Of a stretch of DNA of 64,000 bases, positions 19,168-28,247 are shown in pieces. Within the stretch, counting starts at the first letter, position 1. Every line of letters starts with the position of its first letter. The stretch comes from Alphaproteobacteria bacterium. Its GTDB lineage: Bacteria; Pseudomonadota; Alphaproteobacteria; UBA828. The notes beneath the pieces are model-generated. The model did not search any database and was not told where the DNA came from. It worked only from the letters and a program-made list of their open reading frames with translations. The translations under genes and the position numbers were made by a program. The DNA lies in assembly GCA_965243375.1 (NCBI GenBank), contig CBDEUT010000008.1, forward strand, positions 787,111 to 851,110. The letters are read 5' to 3'.

Positions 19168-20093
19168 GCAACGGTGCAGCGAGCGGAGGCGTCCTGGCCG
19201 ATTCCGCGTCGACCAGAGCCTTCCTCTGGGTCTGCATGGGCCCGGTTCTCGTGTTCCTGATTATCGTGGCGATTGCGCCGATGACGCTCGCGATCGTGGA
19301 CAGCTTCCGCGAGCTCTCGCTCACCAGCCTGACCAAGCGGGGCCAGTTCATCGGGCTCGACAACTACCGCGATCTGATCGCCACCGATTCCAAGTTCTAC
19401 GCTGCGATCGCGCACACGGCGATCTTCATGGCCGTCGTCGTGCCGGTGGAGTTCGTGCTCGGCCTGATGATCGCGCTCTGGCTCAACCGCGAGTTTGCCG
19501 GCCGCCGCCTGGTGCTGACGATCATCATGATCCCGACCATGATCGCGCCGGTGGTGGTCGGCATGATCTGGCGTTTCTTCCTGATGCCGAGCTTCGGCGT
19601 GCTCACCGTCTACCTCAACCGGATCGGGCTGTTCGAGCAGACGAGCGTGTTCTCCGGCCCGGTGACCGCGTTCGGCGCCCTGATGATCATCGACATCTGG
19701 GAATGGACCCCCTTCATCATGCTGATCATGCTGGCGGGGCTCTCGGCGGTCCCGAGAGCGCCCATCGAGGCCGCAACCCTCGACGGGGCGTCGCGCTGGC
19801 AGATCCTGCGCCACATCGAGCTCCCCATGCTGGTGCCGCTGATCATCATCGCGCTCATGCTGCGCGCCATCGACGCGAGCAAGATCTTCGACACGATCCA
19901 TGTGCTGACGGGCGGCGGGCCGGGAAACGCCACGGAGGTCATCGCCACCTTCGCCTATCGCACGAACTTCCTGACGTGGAACCTGGGGTACGGTGCGGCG
20001 GTCTGTCTGGTTCTCGCGTTCGCGTCGCTCGTGGTTGCGGCGCTCTTCTACAAGATCGTCAGCGGCAAGGCGCCGACCCAGGAGGCCGCCTAG
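19164..20093 (+). CDS. ABC transporter permease (CUT1/UgpA-MalF type)
   Basis: MSNGAASGG..., multi-TM, with the EAA-type loop TLDGASRWQILRHIELPM. Confidence 0.85.
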   Translation: MSNGAASGGVLADSASTRAFLWVCMGPVLVFLIIVAIAPMTLAIVDSFRELSLTSLTKRGQFIGLDNYRDLIATDSKFYAAIAHTAIFMAVVVPVEFVLGLMIALWLNREFAGRRLVLTIIMIPTMIAPVVVGMIWRFFLMPSFGVLTVYLNRIGLFEQTSVFSGPVTAFGALMIIDIWEWTPFIMLIMLAGLSAVPRAPIEAATLDGASRWQILRHIELPMLVPLIIIALMLRAIDASKIFDTIHVLTGGGPGNATEVIATFAYRTNFLTWNLGYGAAVCLVLAFASLVVAALFYKIVSGKAPTQEAA

Positions 20094-20909
20094 ATGCTGC
20101 GCCGCAACTGGGTCACCTTCCTCATTCCCCTCGTCCTCTTGCTGGGCGTCGCGCTGATTCCCTACATCTGGATTCTGCTCGCGAGCTTCAAAGAGCGAGT
20201 GGACCTGATCACGCGCGATCCGAAGTGGATATTCGAGCCCACGGTCGTGAATTACGTCGAAATCTTCGGAAAGGGGTTCGACGTATTTCTCTTGAACTCG
20301 ATCGTCATCGGGTTTTCGAGCACCGCCCTGACGGTGGTCGTCGGCACCATGGCGGCCTACGGTTTCTCCCGTTTCAAGATACCGGCGGGAAACCACCTCT
20401 TCTTCCTGATCCTGGCGACCCGGCTCGGGCCGCCGGTCGCTTACGCCTTGCCGATGTACCTGGTTTTCGACGCCTTCGGCCTCGTCAACACTCACTTCGC
20501 AGTCATACTCGCTCACGGGACCTTCAACCTCGTCCTCGTTGTCTGGATGATGCGGTCGTTCTTCAACGACGTCCCACGCGAGATCGAGGAGGCCGCTTAC
20601 CTGGACGGCTGCGGGCATTTTCGGGTGTTCTGGCGCTTCGCGATCCCGATGACCTACCCCGGTCTCGTGGCGGTGATGATCTTCGTGCTCATCTTCTCGT
20701 GGAACGAGCTGCTGTTCGCCCTGATCCTTTCGGGCGGTGAGACGCGAACGCTTCCCGTGATGATTCCCTCCCTGGTGCTGCATACGGGAACGCTTTGGGG
20801 CCAGGTCGCCGCAGCCTCGATCGTTCAGAGCATCCCCGTTCTCATCTTCATCTTCTTCATCCAGAAGAAGCTGGTGCAGGGCCTCACCTTCGGCGCGGTC
20901 AAGGGCTGA
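20094..20909 (+). CDS. ABC transporter permease (CUT1/UgpE-MalG type)
   Basis: 271 aa, 6 TM helices, loop EAAYLDGCGHFRVFWRFAIPM. Starts immediately after the upstream permease stop. Confidence 0.85.
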   Translation: MLRRNWVTFLIPLVLLLGVALIPYIWILLASFKERVDLITRDPKWIFEPTVVNYVEIFGKGFDVFLLNSIVIGFSSTALTVVVGTMAAYGFSRFKIPAGNHLFFLILATRLGPPVAYALPMYLVFDAFGLVNTHFAVILAHGTFNLVLVVWMMRSFFNDVPREIEEAAYLDGCGHFRVFWRFAIPMTYPGLVAVMIFVLIFSWNELLFALILSGGETRTLPVMIPSLVLHTGTLWGQVAAASIVQSIPVLIFIFFIQKKLVQGLTFGAVKG

Positions 20910-20932
20910 GCCACGCGGCAGAAAGGAGAGAC

Positions 20933-22015
20933 TCAGGCGCGCAAACGCTCGCCCGTTGCGGTATCGAACGCGAGCACCTTCACTGGATCGGTGACGAGCC
21001 TGATCGCATCGCCATAGCGGACCGCATCGTTGCGGATCGTCTTGGCTGTCAGCGGCGGCCCCTGGGACGAGAGCTCGAGGATCGTCTCGGCGCCGAGATG
21101 TTCCACGGCCTCGACCCGGCAGTCCATCTCCACGCCGTCGCTCGCCGTGCCGAGCGTGAGGAACTCCGGGCGGATCCCGAGCGTGACGGCGCGCGCCTGC
21201 GCCGCAGCATGGGCGGGCGGCAGCCTGAGCGTGAGATCGCCCGCGTGAAAGACCAATGCTCCATCGCTCGGCTCGATCGAGCCCGCGATCAGGTTCATCG
21301 TGGGGCTGCCGATGAAGCCCGCGACAAACTTGTTGTCCGGATTGTCGTAGACGGCGAGCGGCGTGCCGATTTGCTGGATACGCCCTTCGTTCATGACGAC
21401 GATGCGATCCCCCATGGTCATCGCCTCGGTCTGATCGTGGGTGACATAGATCATCGTCGCCGAGAGCCGGTGGTGCAGCTTGATCAGCTCGCCGCGCATC
21501 GCCATGCGCAGCTTGGCGTCGAGATTGGATAGCGGCTCGTCGAACAGGAAGACCGCCGGGTCCCGTACGATGGCCCGCCCCAGCGCGACCCTCTGCTGCT
21601 GCCCGCCCGAGAGCGTCTTGGGCTTGCGCGGAAGCTCCTCGGTGATGCCGAGGATTGTCGCCACGTCCTGAATGCGACGATCGATCTCGTCACGCGGCAC
21701 CTTCTTCAGCTTCAGGGCGAAGCCCATGTTGTCGGCCACCGACATGTGCGGGTAGAGGGCGTAGGACTGGAACACCATCGCGACGTCGCGGTCCTTGGCG
21801 TGAACGCTGGCGACATCGCGGTCGCCGATGAAGATGCTCCCCGAAGTGACCGCCTCCAGTCCCGCGATCATCCGCAGGCATGTCGTCTTGCCCGAGCCCG
21901 AGGGGCCGACCAGGACGACGAACTCGCCGCTTTCGATGTCGAGATCGACGGCATCGACGGCGGCGACGGCGCCGAAGCGCTTGGAGAGGCGCTCGAGCCG
22001 CACAGCCGTCATCAC
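20933..22015 (-). CDS. ABC transporter ATP-binding protein (MalK/UgpC-like, with C-terminal TOBE domain)
   Basis: Walker A GPSGSGKTT, signature LSGGQQQRVA, Walker B LFDEPLSNLD. 360 aa. Confidence 0.9.
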   Translation of the reverse strand: MMTAVRLERLSKRFGAVAAVDAVDLDIESGEFVVLVGPSGSGKTTCLRMIAGLEAVTSGSIFIGDRDVASVHAKDRDVAMVFQSYALYPHMSVADNMGFALKLKKVPRDEIDRRIQDVATILGITEELPRKPKTLSGGQQQRVALGRAIVRDPAVFLFDEPLSNLDAKLRMAMRGELIKLHHRLSATMIYVTHDQTEAMTMGDRIVVMNEGRIQQIGTPLAVYDNPDNKFVAGFIGSPTMNLIAGSIEPSDGALVFHAGDLTLRLPPAHAAAQARAVTLGIRPEFLTLGTASDGVEMDCRVEAVEHLGAETILELSSQGPPLTAKTIRNDAVRYGDAIRLVTDPVKVLAFDTATGERLRA

Positions 22016-22178
22016 AAGGCTCCGAGGTAGATCATCTCGGCGGCCACGAAGAGCGCCACACCCCAGAACCGGACCTCGCCGGGCGTGAGCCAGCGTTTAC
22101 GCGTGTTCCAGATTCCCAGGAGAATCTGAAACGGAGCGCAGACGGCAAAGACGATGATGTGCTCCAGCACGGCAGCGC

Positions 22179-22376
22179 CTACGGGGCGTTCTTGTCCGCT
22201 CGGAGGACGAACAGGAACGGCACGCTCGCGATCAAGGGGAAGGCGAACAGGCCGATCGGCACGACGATGAAGGGCGAGATATCGGCCTCGATCATCGCGC
22301 CGCAGCCAACGACAACCAGAAAAGTATAAAGAACGGCCCAGAGCGAGGCGCGAAGATTGGGGCGATCGAGAGGCAT
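22179..22376 (-). CDS. Hypothetical small membrane protein (65 aa)
   Basis: MPLDRPNLRASLWAVLYTFLVVVGCGAMIEADISPFIVVPIGLFAFPLIASVPFLFV... has two hydrophobic helices. A second hydrophobic reading frame (22016-22180) follows in a different frame. Confidence 0.3.
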   Translation of the reverse strand: MPLDRPNLRASLWAVLYTFLVVVGCGAMIEADISPFIVVPIGLFAFPLIASVPFLFVLRADKNAP

Positions 22377-22630
22377 GGTGCGAGCACCTCGCTCAGTGCG
22401 GCTCGGCTTGCCGGCGGGCGCTTGTTGGGCCGCATCGACCATAGCACCGGGCCTGGGTGCGGTACACCGCCACGGCTGGGGGACAGCACGGAACACCTCG
22501 ACGCGGCACGGCGCGTTGCTACACTGCCCCTCGCCAATCGATCGCCGAAAGGCCTTTCGCCGATGGAGGCCGCGGCGCAGGATCGCGCGCCGGGGAGGCT
22601 CATGGGCAACGGGAGACGGACCCGCGACAC

Positions 22631-22918
22631 ATGACCCAAAAACCCACATCGGATGACGAGGTCTATTCGCTGATCGGCGGCGCGCGCGGCATGGAGGCGC
22701 GCAGCGGCGACGCGATCGAGCGCGCGCGGGCGCTGCCGATCTGGTCCGGCGCGGTCGAACCCGCGCTGCTAAGCGGGGGCTTGAGCAACATCAACCTGAC
22801 GGTGGACGACGCCGGCGAGCGCTACGTGATCCGGGTCGGCGAGGATGAGCCCGTCTTCGGCGTCTTTCGCGACCACGAGCTCCTGGCCTTTCGCGCGGCT
22901 CATGCGGCAGGTGTGTAA
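22631..22918 (+). pseudogene. N-terminal fragment (95 aa) of a second choline-kinase-like phosphotransferase gene, interrupted by the tandem-integrase element
   Basis: MTQKPTSDDEVYSLIGGARG...GGLSNINLTVDDAGERYVIRVGEDEPVFGVFRDHELLAFRAAHAAGV* parallels the N-terminus of the 18217 kinase. It ends at the 12-bp repeat followed at once by TAA. Confidence 0.7.
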
Positions 22919-23301
22919 CCCTTAACGCCCGAAGGGCGTCGAGCAACGCCCCTCCACACGCAAGCGCTTCGGGCCGAGGAAACCATGCGGTTCCCACAGT
23001 TTAGCCCGAGCGGCGCTTGAGCGCCCGGCCTCGCCGCGCATGCGATGAAGACGGTTCCGGACCCGCCGCGCAGCTTACCGGGTCATTATAGGAAGCACGC
23101 CTGGCGGCGCAAGCGCGCTGTTGGCGGTCGTGGTCGACGGGACGGAGGTTGTCCCGGTAGTCAATAGGGGGGACCCGCGCGGCTTCGCGTAGCGCCTCGC
23201 GTTACGCGGAGCGAAGACGCGCGGGGGGTGCCTGTTGACCCACCGGGGCAACCGGGCCGCGTGCTCGTGCCGGCGCCACGACGACACCGGCGGCGATGCC
23301 G

Positions 23302-24477
23302 TCACGGATCGGACGCGCCGGGGGCGAGCGACATCGCCTCGGCGATGATGCTGCCGACATGCTCGGCCGCCGCGACGAGGTGGTCGTCGGCCAGATGCGC
23401 ATAGCCGGCGGTCGTGGACTGGCGGCGATGCCCGAGCAGCTTGCCGACCAGGGGCAGGTTCTCGCCGGACATGACGGCGTGACTCGCTACGGCGTGTCGC
23501 AGATCGTGGAGCCGCGCCCGGCCGATCCCGGCGTCGGCGCAGATCGCGTGCCATCGGACCCGCACCTGGTCCTGCCACCATGCGCTTCGGGCGTGCTCGG
23601 GGAACACGAACGCGTCGGGCCGCCGCTCGCCGGGGAGCGCATCGAGGATCGCGCGCGCGGGCGAACCCAGCGGCACGGTGCGCGGCCCGGCCTTGGCGTC
23701 GTCGAGCTGGATCGTGTCCCGCCCGATGTTGCGCCAGCGCAGTGTCAGCACCTCGCCGCGCCGGCAACCGGTAAGCGCGAGCAGCCGGATCGCGGCGACG
23801 GTCTCGGGCCAGTCGGCGGCGCGCGCGTCGAGCGCACGGCCGAGCCGTTCGAGCTCGCCGGTGTCGAGGAAGCGCGCGACCGGCTTCTTCGGGTTCATCC
23901 TGATCCCGAGACAGGGGTTGGTGCCGGGCGCCCGCCATCCCCACTCCTCGGCCCGGAACATCATCGCGCGCAGGATCTCCAGCGCCCGGTTCGCCGCGCC
24001 GGGCCAGTCGCGGCTCGCGGCGTCGAACCAGGCGGCCACGTCTTCGGGGCCGAGCATGTCGAGCCGCATGGCGCCGAACGCGGGCAGGATGCGCGCCTTG
24101 AGATAGATGTGCACGGTCCGGCGTCCCGACGGCTTCAGGCCGGGGCCGCAACAGCGCAGATACTCGTCGGCGAAGTCCTTCACCGTCGGCGCGGCCCTCG
24201 CCTTGCGGGCCTCCTCGGCGGGATCGTCGCCCGCGCGGATACGCGCCAGCATCTCGCGGGCGCGGCGCCGCGCTTCGGCCAGCGCGATCTCGCCGTGCCG
24301 GGCTAGGCCCAGGCGCCGGGTCCGGCCGTCGATGCGCGCCTGGACGATCCACACCTTGCGCCCGCTCGGATGGATGCGCAGCCCGAAGCCCGGCAGCGCC
24401 CGGTCGAACAGGATGGTCTCCTTCTCGCCGGGCCGGCTGTCGCGGGCGAGCTTCGCGGTCAGGTCAACCGTCGGCAT
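23302..24477 (-). CDS. Tyrosine recombinase / integrase, P4-type with N-terminal DUF4102-like arm-binding domain (int-1)
   Basis: 391 aa. N-terminus MPTVDLTAKLARDSRPGEKETILFDRALPGFGLRIHPSGRKVWIVQ..., catalytic box HDLRHAVASHAVMSG...LLGHRRQSTTAGYAHL (R..H..R..Y). Confidence 0.9.
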   Translation of the reverse strand: MPTVDLTAKLARDSRPGEKETILFDRALPGFGLRIHPSGRKVWIVQARIDGRTRRLGLARHGEIALAEARRRAREMLARIRAGDDPAEEARKARAAPTVKDFADEYLRCCGPGLKPSGRRTVHIYLKARILPAFGAMRLDMLGPEDVAAWFDAASRDWPGAANRALEILRAMMFRAEEWGWRAPGTNPCLGIRMNPKKPVARFLDTGELERLGRALDARAADWPETVAAIRLLALTGCRRGEVLTLRWRNIGRDTIQLDDAKAGPRTVPLGSPARAILDALPGERRPDAFVFPEHARSAWWQDQVRVRWHAICADAGIGRARLHDLRHAVASHAVMSGENLPLVGKLLGHRRQSTTAGYAHLADDHLVAAAEHVGSIIAEAMSLAPGASDP

Positions 24478-25660
24478 GGCCGCCCCCTCCCTCCCGCTCC
24501 CGGCCGCTTCCGGCCAGCGCCGCCTGGATGCGCCCGGAGACGCGCTCGGCGGCCTCCGCGACCGACCGGTCCGACAGGTGGACGTAGCGCTCGGTGGTCT
24601 CGACCAGGGCGTGGCCGAGCAGCTTGGCGATGGTCACCATGTCCACGCCGTTCATGGCGGCGACGGAGGCCCAGCTATGCCGGCAGTCATGCAGGCGCAC
24701 GTCGAACAGCCCGGCCTCGCGGCGGATACGGCCCCACTGCACGTCGATGTTCCGGATCGGCCGGGTCGGCGGGCGGCCCGGAAACAGATACGGGCAGTCC
24801 TCGCCGTAGCGCGGGATCGCATCGATCACCGCGCGCGCGGCTCCCGACAGCCACACCGTGCGCGGCCCCGACTTCGAATCGGGAAGCATGATGCGCTTGT
24901 CCCTGATCCAGTCCCATTCGAGCGCGAGGACCTCGCCGACCCGGCAGCCGGTCAGCAGCAGCAGGCGAATGACGGCGACGACATGCGGGCACCAGAACTC
25001 GTCGCGGGTGAGCACGGCGTTGAGCCGGGCGAACTCCTCGGGCGTGAGATAGCGTTCCTTGGGCGCCATCGGGTAGCGCCGGGTGTTCCGGCAGGGGTTG
25101 GTGTTGTGGAGGCGATAGCCCCACAGTTCGGCCGTCTTCATCATCACCGACAGCACCGGCATCGCCCGGTTGGCGGTGCCGGGCCGGTTGGCCATGGAGG
25201 CGAACCAGTCCTGAACGTGCTCGACCGCGATGGCGTCCACGGTCATGTCCCCGAAGGCGGGCAGGATGACGTCGCGGATGAAGCGCCGGTTGCCCGCCAG
25301 CGTGCTCGGCTTCCAGTGACGCGCGTGACGTTCGATGAACTCCTCGGCGAACTCCGTCATGGGACGGCCGGGATATCGGGGGCCGTCCCCCGTCTCCGGC
25401 GTCTCAACCAAGGTCGTGAGCGCCCGGCGCGCCTGGTTGCGCGCCTCGGGCAGGCTCATCCGGTCGGCAGGTCCGAGGGTGACCGAACGCACCCCGCCGT
25501 CGGGCAGCCGGCGGCGCAGGAAGAAGCGCCGGGCGCCGTTCGGGTAGATGCGCACACCGAGCCCGGAGATCGCGTCGTCCCAGACGGCATACTCCTTCTC
25601 GCGGGGCCGGGCCGCCGCGATGCGACGGGCGAAGGAAGGGCGGGAATCTGGCTTTGCCAT
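24464..25660 (-). CDS. Tyrosine recombinase / integrase, P4-type paralog (int-2); overlaps int-1 by 14 bp
   Basis: 398 aa. MAKPDSRPSFARRIAAARPREKEYAVWDDAISGLGVRIYPNGARRFFL..., catalytic HDCRHSWASVAAMNG...LLGHALVETTERYVHL. Confidence 0.9.
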   Translation of the reverse strand: MAKPDSRPSFARRIAAARPREKEYAVWDDAISGLGVRIYPNGARRFFLRRRLPDGGVRSVTLGPADRMSLPEARNQARRALTTLVETPETGDGPRYPGRPMTEFAEEFIERHARHWKPSTLAGNRRFIRDVILPAFGDMTVDAIAVEHVQDWFASMANRPGTANRAMPVLSVMMKTAELWGYRLHNTNPCRNTRRYPMAPKERYLTPEEFARLNAVLTRDEFWCPHVVAVIRLLLLTGCRVGEVLALEWDWIRDKRIMLPDSKSGPRTVWLSGAARAVIDAIPRYGEDCPYLFPGRPPTRPIRNIDVQWGRIRREAGLFDVRLHDCRHSWASVAAMNGVDMVTIAKLLGHALVETTERYVHLSDRSVAEAAERVSGRIQAALAGSGREREGGGGHADG

Positions 25661-25853
25661 GTGGCGGCTCCTTAGTCAGGGGCCGCGCGGCAGCGGGTCA
25701 ATATAGGAAGCGGCCGCGGCGGCGATTGCACAGGCAAGCCACGGGGCCGGAAGAGACAGGGTGTACCCTAACCCGCTCTAACTACGGAACTTTCTCTCCA
25801 TCCATGCATCGGCGAGACCAGGCAGAAATTGCGCGGTACGGGCGGCAGGTGTG

Positions 25854-26549
25854 GCGCCCGAGGTCGTCTATGGCGAGCCGGGTCTCATGGTGATCCGCTT
25901 CATCGAAGGCCGCTCGCTCCTGCCTGCCGACGTGCGTGAGCCAGCGCGTCTCACCGAGGTGGCCCGTCTCTTTCGCCGGCTTCACGATGAAGCACACAAG
26001 CATCTGGACTCGACGGGCTTCATGTTCTGGCCATTCCAGCATCAGCGTTCGCACATTCGGCTGTTGGAGCAGCGCTCCGATCGGCTTTACGAGCGCTGGC
26101 GCGACATGCTGCCGGGCCTCGCTCTAGCGAACGAGGAGCTGGAGCGCGCGCTCGGCCCGGTCAACGTGGTCCTTGGCCACAACGACCTCAACCCGCAGAA
26201 CATCATGGACGACGGCGAGCGGCTCTGGTTCGTGGATTGGGAATTCGCGGGCTTCGTGGTGGACCTGTTCGATCTCGGCGTGCTGGCCATGAATATCGAA
26301 ATCGGATCCGGCGAGAGCGACGTCTTTCTCGAGAACTACTATGACGAGCCGGTCACCGACGCGCTGCGCTACCGCTTCGCGGCCGCCAAAGTCGCCGCGG
26401 CCCTGCGCGAGACGACCTGGAGTTTCGTCTCCGAGATGATGGACAAGCCCATCGACTTCGATTTCCGCATCTATTCCACCATGAATGCGGACCGCTACGA
26501 GCGCATGTACGCCGAATTCAGCGAGACCTACGGCACGCCGGGGCAGTAG
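25854..26549 (+). pseudogene. C-terminal part (231 aa) of the interrupted choline-kinase-like phosphotransferase
   Basis: APEVVYGEPGLMVIRFIEG... contains HNDLNPQNIM and FVDWEFAGF motifs. The frame is open upstream only back to 25782, with no genuine start. It is contiguous in sense with the 22631-22918 fragment. Confidence 0.7.
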
Positions 26550-26562
26550 TGCGAGGGGAACG

Positions 26563-27450
26563 ATGAGCGAAGAGAGACGACCCGACGAGACCTGCCGCGT
26601 CGCCGTCGATGGCGGTGAGGTGGCGGTCTACAGCTATGGCGCGGGCGAGCGGGTCCTGCTCTGCCTTCACGGCGGCCCTGGGCTTCCTTGCGACTACGTG
26701 CGGGACAGCCATTCGGTCATGGCGGATCACGGCTATCGCGTGGTGGTCTATGACCAGCTCGGTTGCGGCCAGTCCGACAAGCCGGACGACACCTCGCTCT
26801 TCAACGTGCCTCGCTACGTGGAGGAGGTCGAAGCGGTGCGAGCCGCGCTTGGGCTCGGCCGCGTCCACTTGCTCGGACAGTCCTGGGGCACGTGGCTGGG
26901 CACGGAATACTGCCTGAAGTACCAGGGCAACGTCGCATCGTACGTGATCGCGAACGGCTCCGGCAGCGTGCCGCACACCGTATCCGAAATGAAGCGCCTG
27001 CGCGCCGCCCTCGGCGCCGAGACGGTGGCCATGATGCAGCGCCACGAAGCGCAGGGAACGACCGATCACCCCGCCTACGAGGCAGCCGTTACCATTCTCT
27101 ACCGCAGGCATCTCTGCCGGGTCGACGACTGGCCCGCACCGCTGCAGCGCTCGCTCGACGGCATCAACATGGCGGTCTACGGCACGATGTGGGGCCCCAA
27201 CGAGTTCTGCTGCGTCGGCACGCTCAGGGACTGGGATCGCCTTGCGGACATGGCACGTATCACCGTGCCCTGCCTGATCGTGAGCGGCCTCCACGACGAG
27301 CTGACCCCCGAAGGGGCGATGCTCATGCAGGAGGCGCTGCCGAATGCGGAGAGCGTCGTCTTCCCCAACAGCTCGCACACGCCCTTCTTCGAGGAACCGG
27401 ACGCATATATCGCAGCGTTGCGTGACTTCCTGGATCGCCAGGAGGGCTGA
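26563..27450 (+). CDS. Alpha/beta-hydrolase, proline iminopeptidase-like
   Basis: MSEERRPDETCRVAVDGGEVAVYSYGAGERVLLCLHGGPGLPCDY... with nucleophile elbow GQSWG. GAGGGGAA RBS before the ATG at 26563. Confidence 0.8.
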   Translation: MSEERRPDETCRVAVDGGEVAVYSYGAGERVLLCLHGGPGLPCDYVRDSHSVMADHGYRVVVYDQLGCGQSDKPDDTSLFNVPRYVEEVEAVRAALGLGRVHLLGQSWGTWLGTEYCLKYQGNVASYVIANGSGSVPHTVSEMKRLRAALGAETVAMMQRHEAQGTTDHPAYEAAVTILYRRHLCRVDDWPAPLQRSLDGINMAVYGTMWGPNEFCCVGTLRDWDRLADMARITVPCLIVSGLHDELTPEGAMLMQEALPNAESVVFPNSSHTPFFEEPDAYIAALRDFLDRQEG

Positions 27451-27569
27451 ACGACCACGCCGCGACGCCTGAGCGGTCGCGCGCGAGATGGTCGCCAAAT
27501 GGGCAGCAACGTCCCCCGGCGCACCTGAGTCCTGCATACGCCGACGGTGAGGATCGCCTCCGGGACTGT

Positions 27570-28023
27570 CATGCGTCTCGGCGGAGAACCCGGCGACCAT
27601 GTAGGCGATGATGTATTCGTTCAGGCTGAGGACGACGGCGAAGGCGAAGCCCGACACGACGTACGGGCGCACCAGAGGAAAGACCACGGTCAGAAACACG
27701 GTTCGCCGGTTTGCGCCCATGGTCTGCACGGCTTCGATCAACGAGCGGTCGATGCCTTCGAGGCCAAGCGAGATGGTGACTAGCGGCAGCGAGACGGACA
27801 CGGCGAGAAGGCCGGCAAGCACGGCGATGATCGCCGAGTTGGTCAGGGACCCGGCCCGGTCGCTCTTGGTGAAGAGCTCGCCGTACCACCGCCGGGAGAA
27901 TCCCTCCGGCGGAAACATGAGACGCTTCGGCTGGTTGACGGATACCCCGGCAACCACAACGAGGGGCGCGGCCAGAAAAACCAGGACGCCGGCGACGAAT
28001 GCCCTGCCGAGCCAGCCCGTCAT
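27570..28023 (-). pseudogene. Degenerate ABC permease remnant (PotC-like) with an internal deletion and a lost C-terminus
   Basis: N-terminal TM1 plus a GFSRRWYGELF loop and TM2 are followed directly by the EAA loop (IEAVQTMGANRRTVFLTVVFPLVRPY) and one TM. The TM3/TM4 segment is absent. The frame then runs on as antisense of the hydrolase gene without a recognisable permease C-terminus. Confidence 0.45.
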
Positions 28024-28247
28024 GGCTGGCTGCCTTTGCGGTCGCCGCTGACGGCAAGGGCCAGGTCGACCAATGCGAGCGATACGAGAAGGAAGGGTCT
28101 TGCCTAGCTGAGTGCCCTGTGGTGTGTGCTAAAGCTAGGCATGGCAATGAAAAACAAGTACGCGAGGCATTCAGGCATCTCGGAGGCCCGCAGGTCGGCG
28201 AAGTCGAAGTGGGCGGGCGCCAAGAAGCTGCTGGGGCTGCCCCCATT

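Larger units (their letters stand above)
22916..25853 (-). mobile_element. Compact integrative element (about 2.94 kb) encoding only two tandem P4-type tyrosine integrases; bounded by the 12-bp direct repeat GCGGCAGGTGTG (22904-22915 and 25842-25853)
   Basis: The kinase frame AAGV|APEVV resumes exactly at the second repeat copy. The direct repeats flank both int genes plus roughly 385-bp and 190-bp non-coding arms that carry a repeated CTTCCTATA(A/T)TGACCCG motif. Confidence 0.7.

Noticed and set aside
18819-20093. 424-aa ORF start as given in the ORF track
   Set aside because: The first ~115 codons overlap the kinase gene in another frame. The permease start was reassigned to the ATG at 19164, which overlaps the kinase stop.
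22919-23301. Excisionase/AlpA-like small gene expected next to a P4-type integrase
   Set aside because: No plausible 60-80-aa ORF with an RBS is found in either arm. Only repeats and a hairpin are present.
26518-28023. 501-aa minus-strand ORF taken at face value as one protein
   Set aside because: Only the first ~150 aa look like an ABC permease. The rest is antisense to the proline-iminopeptidase-like gene. It is treated as a truncated pseudogene instead.
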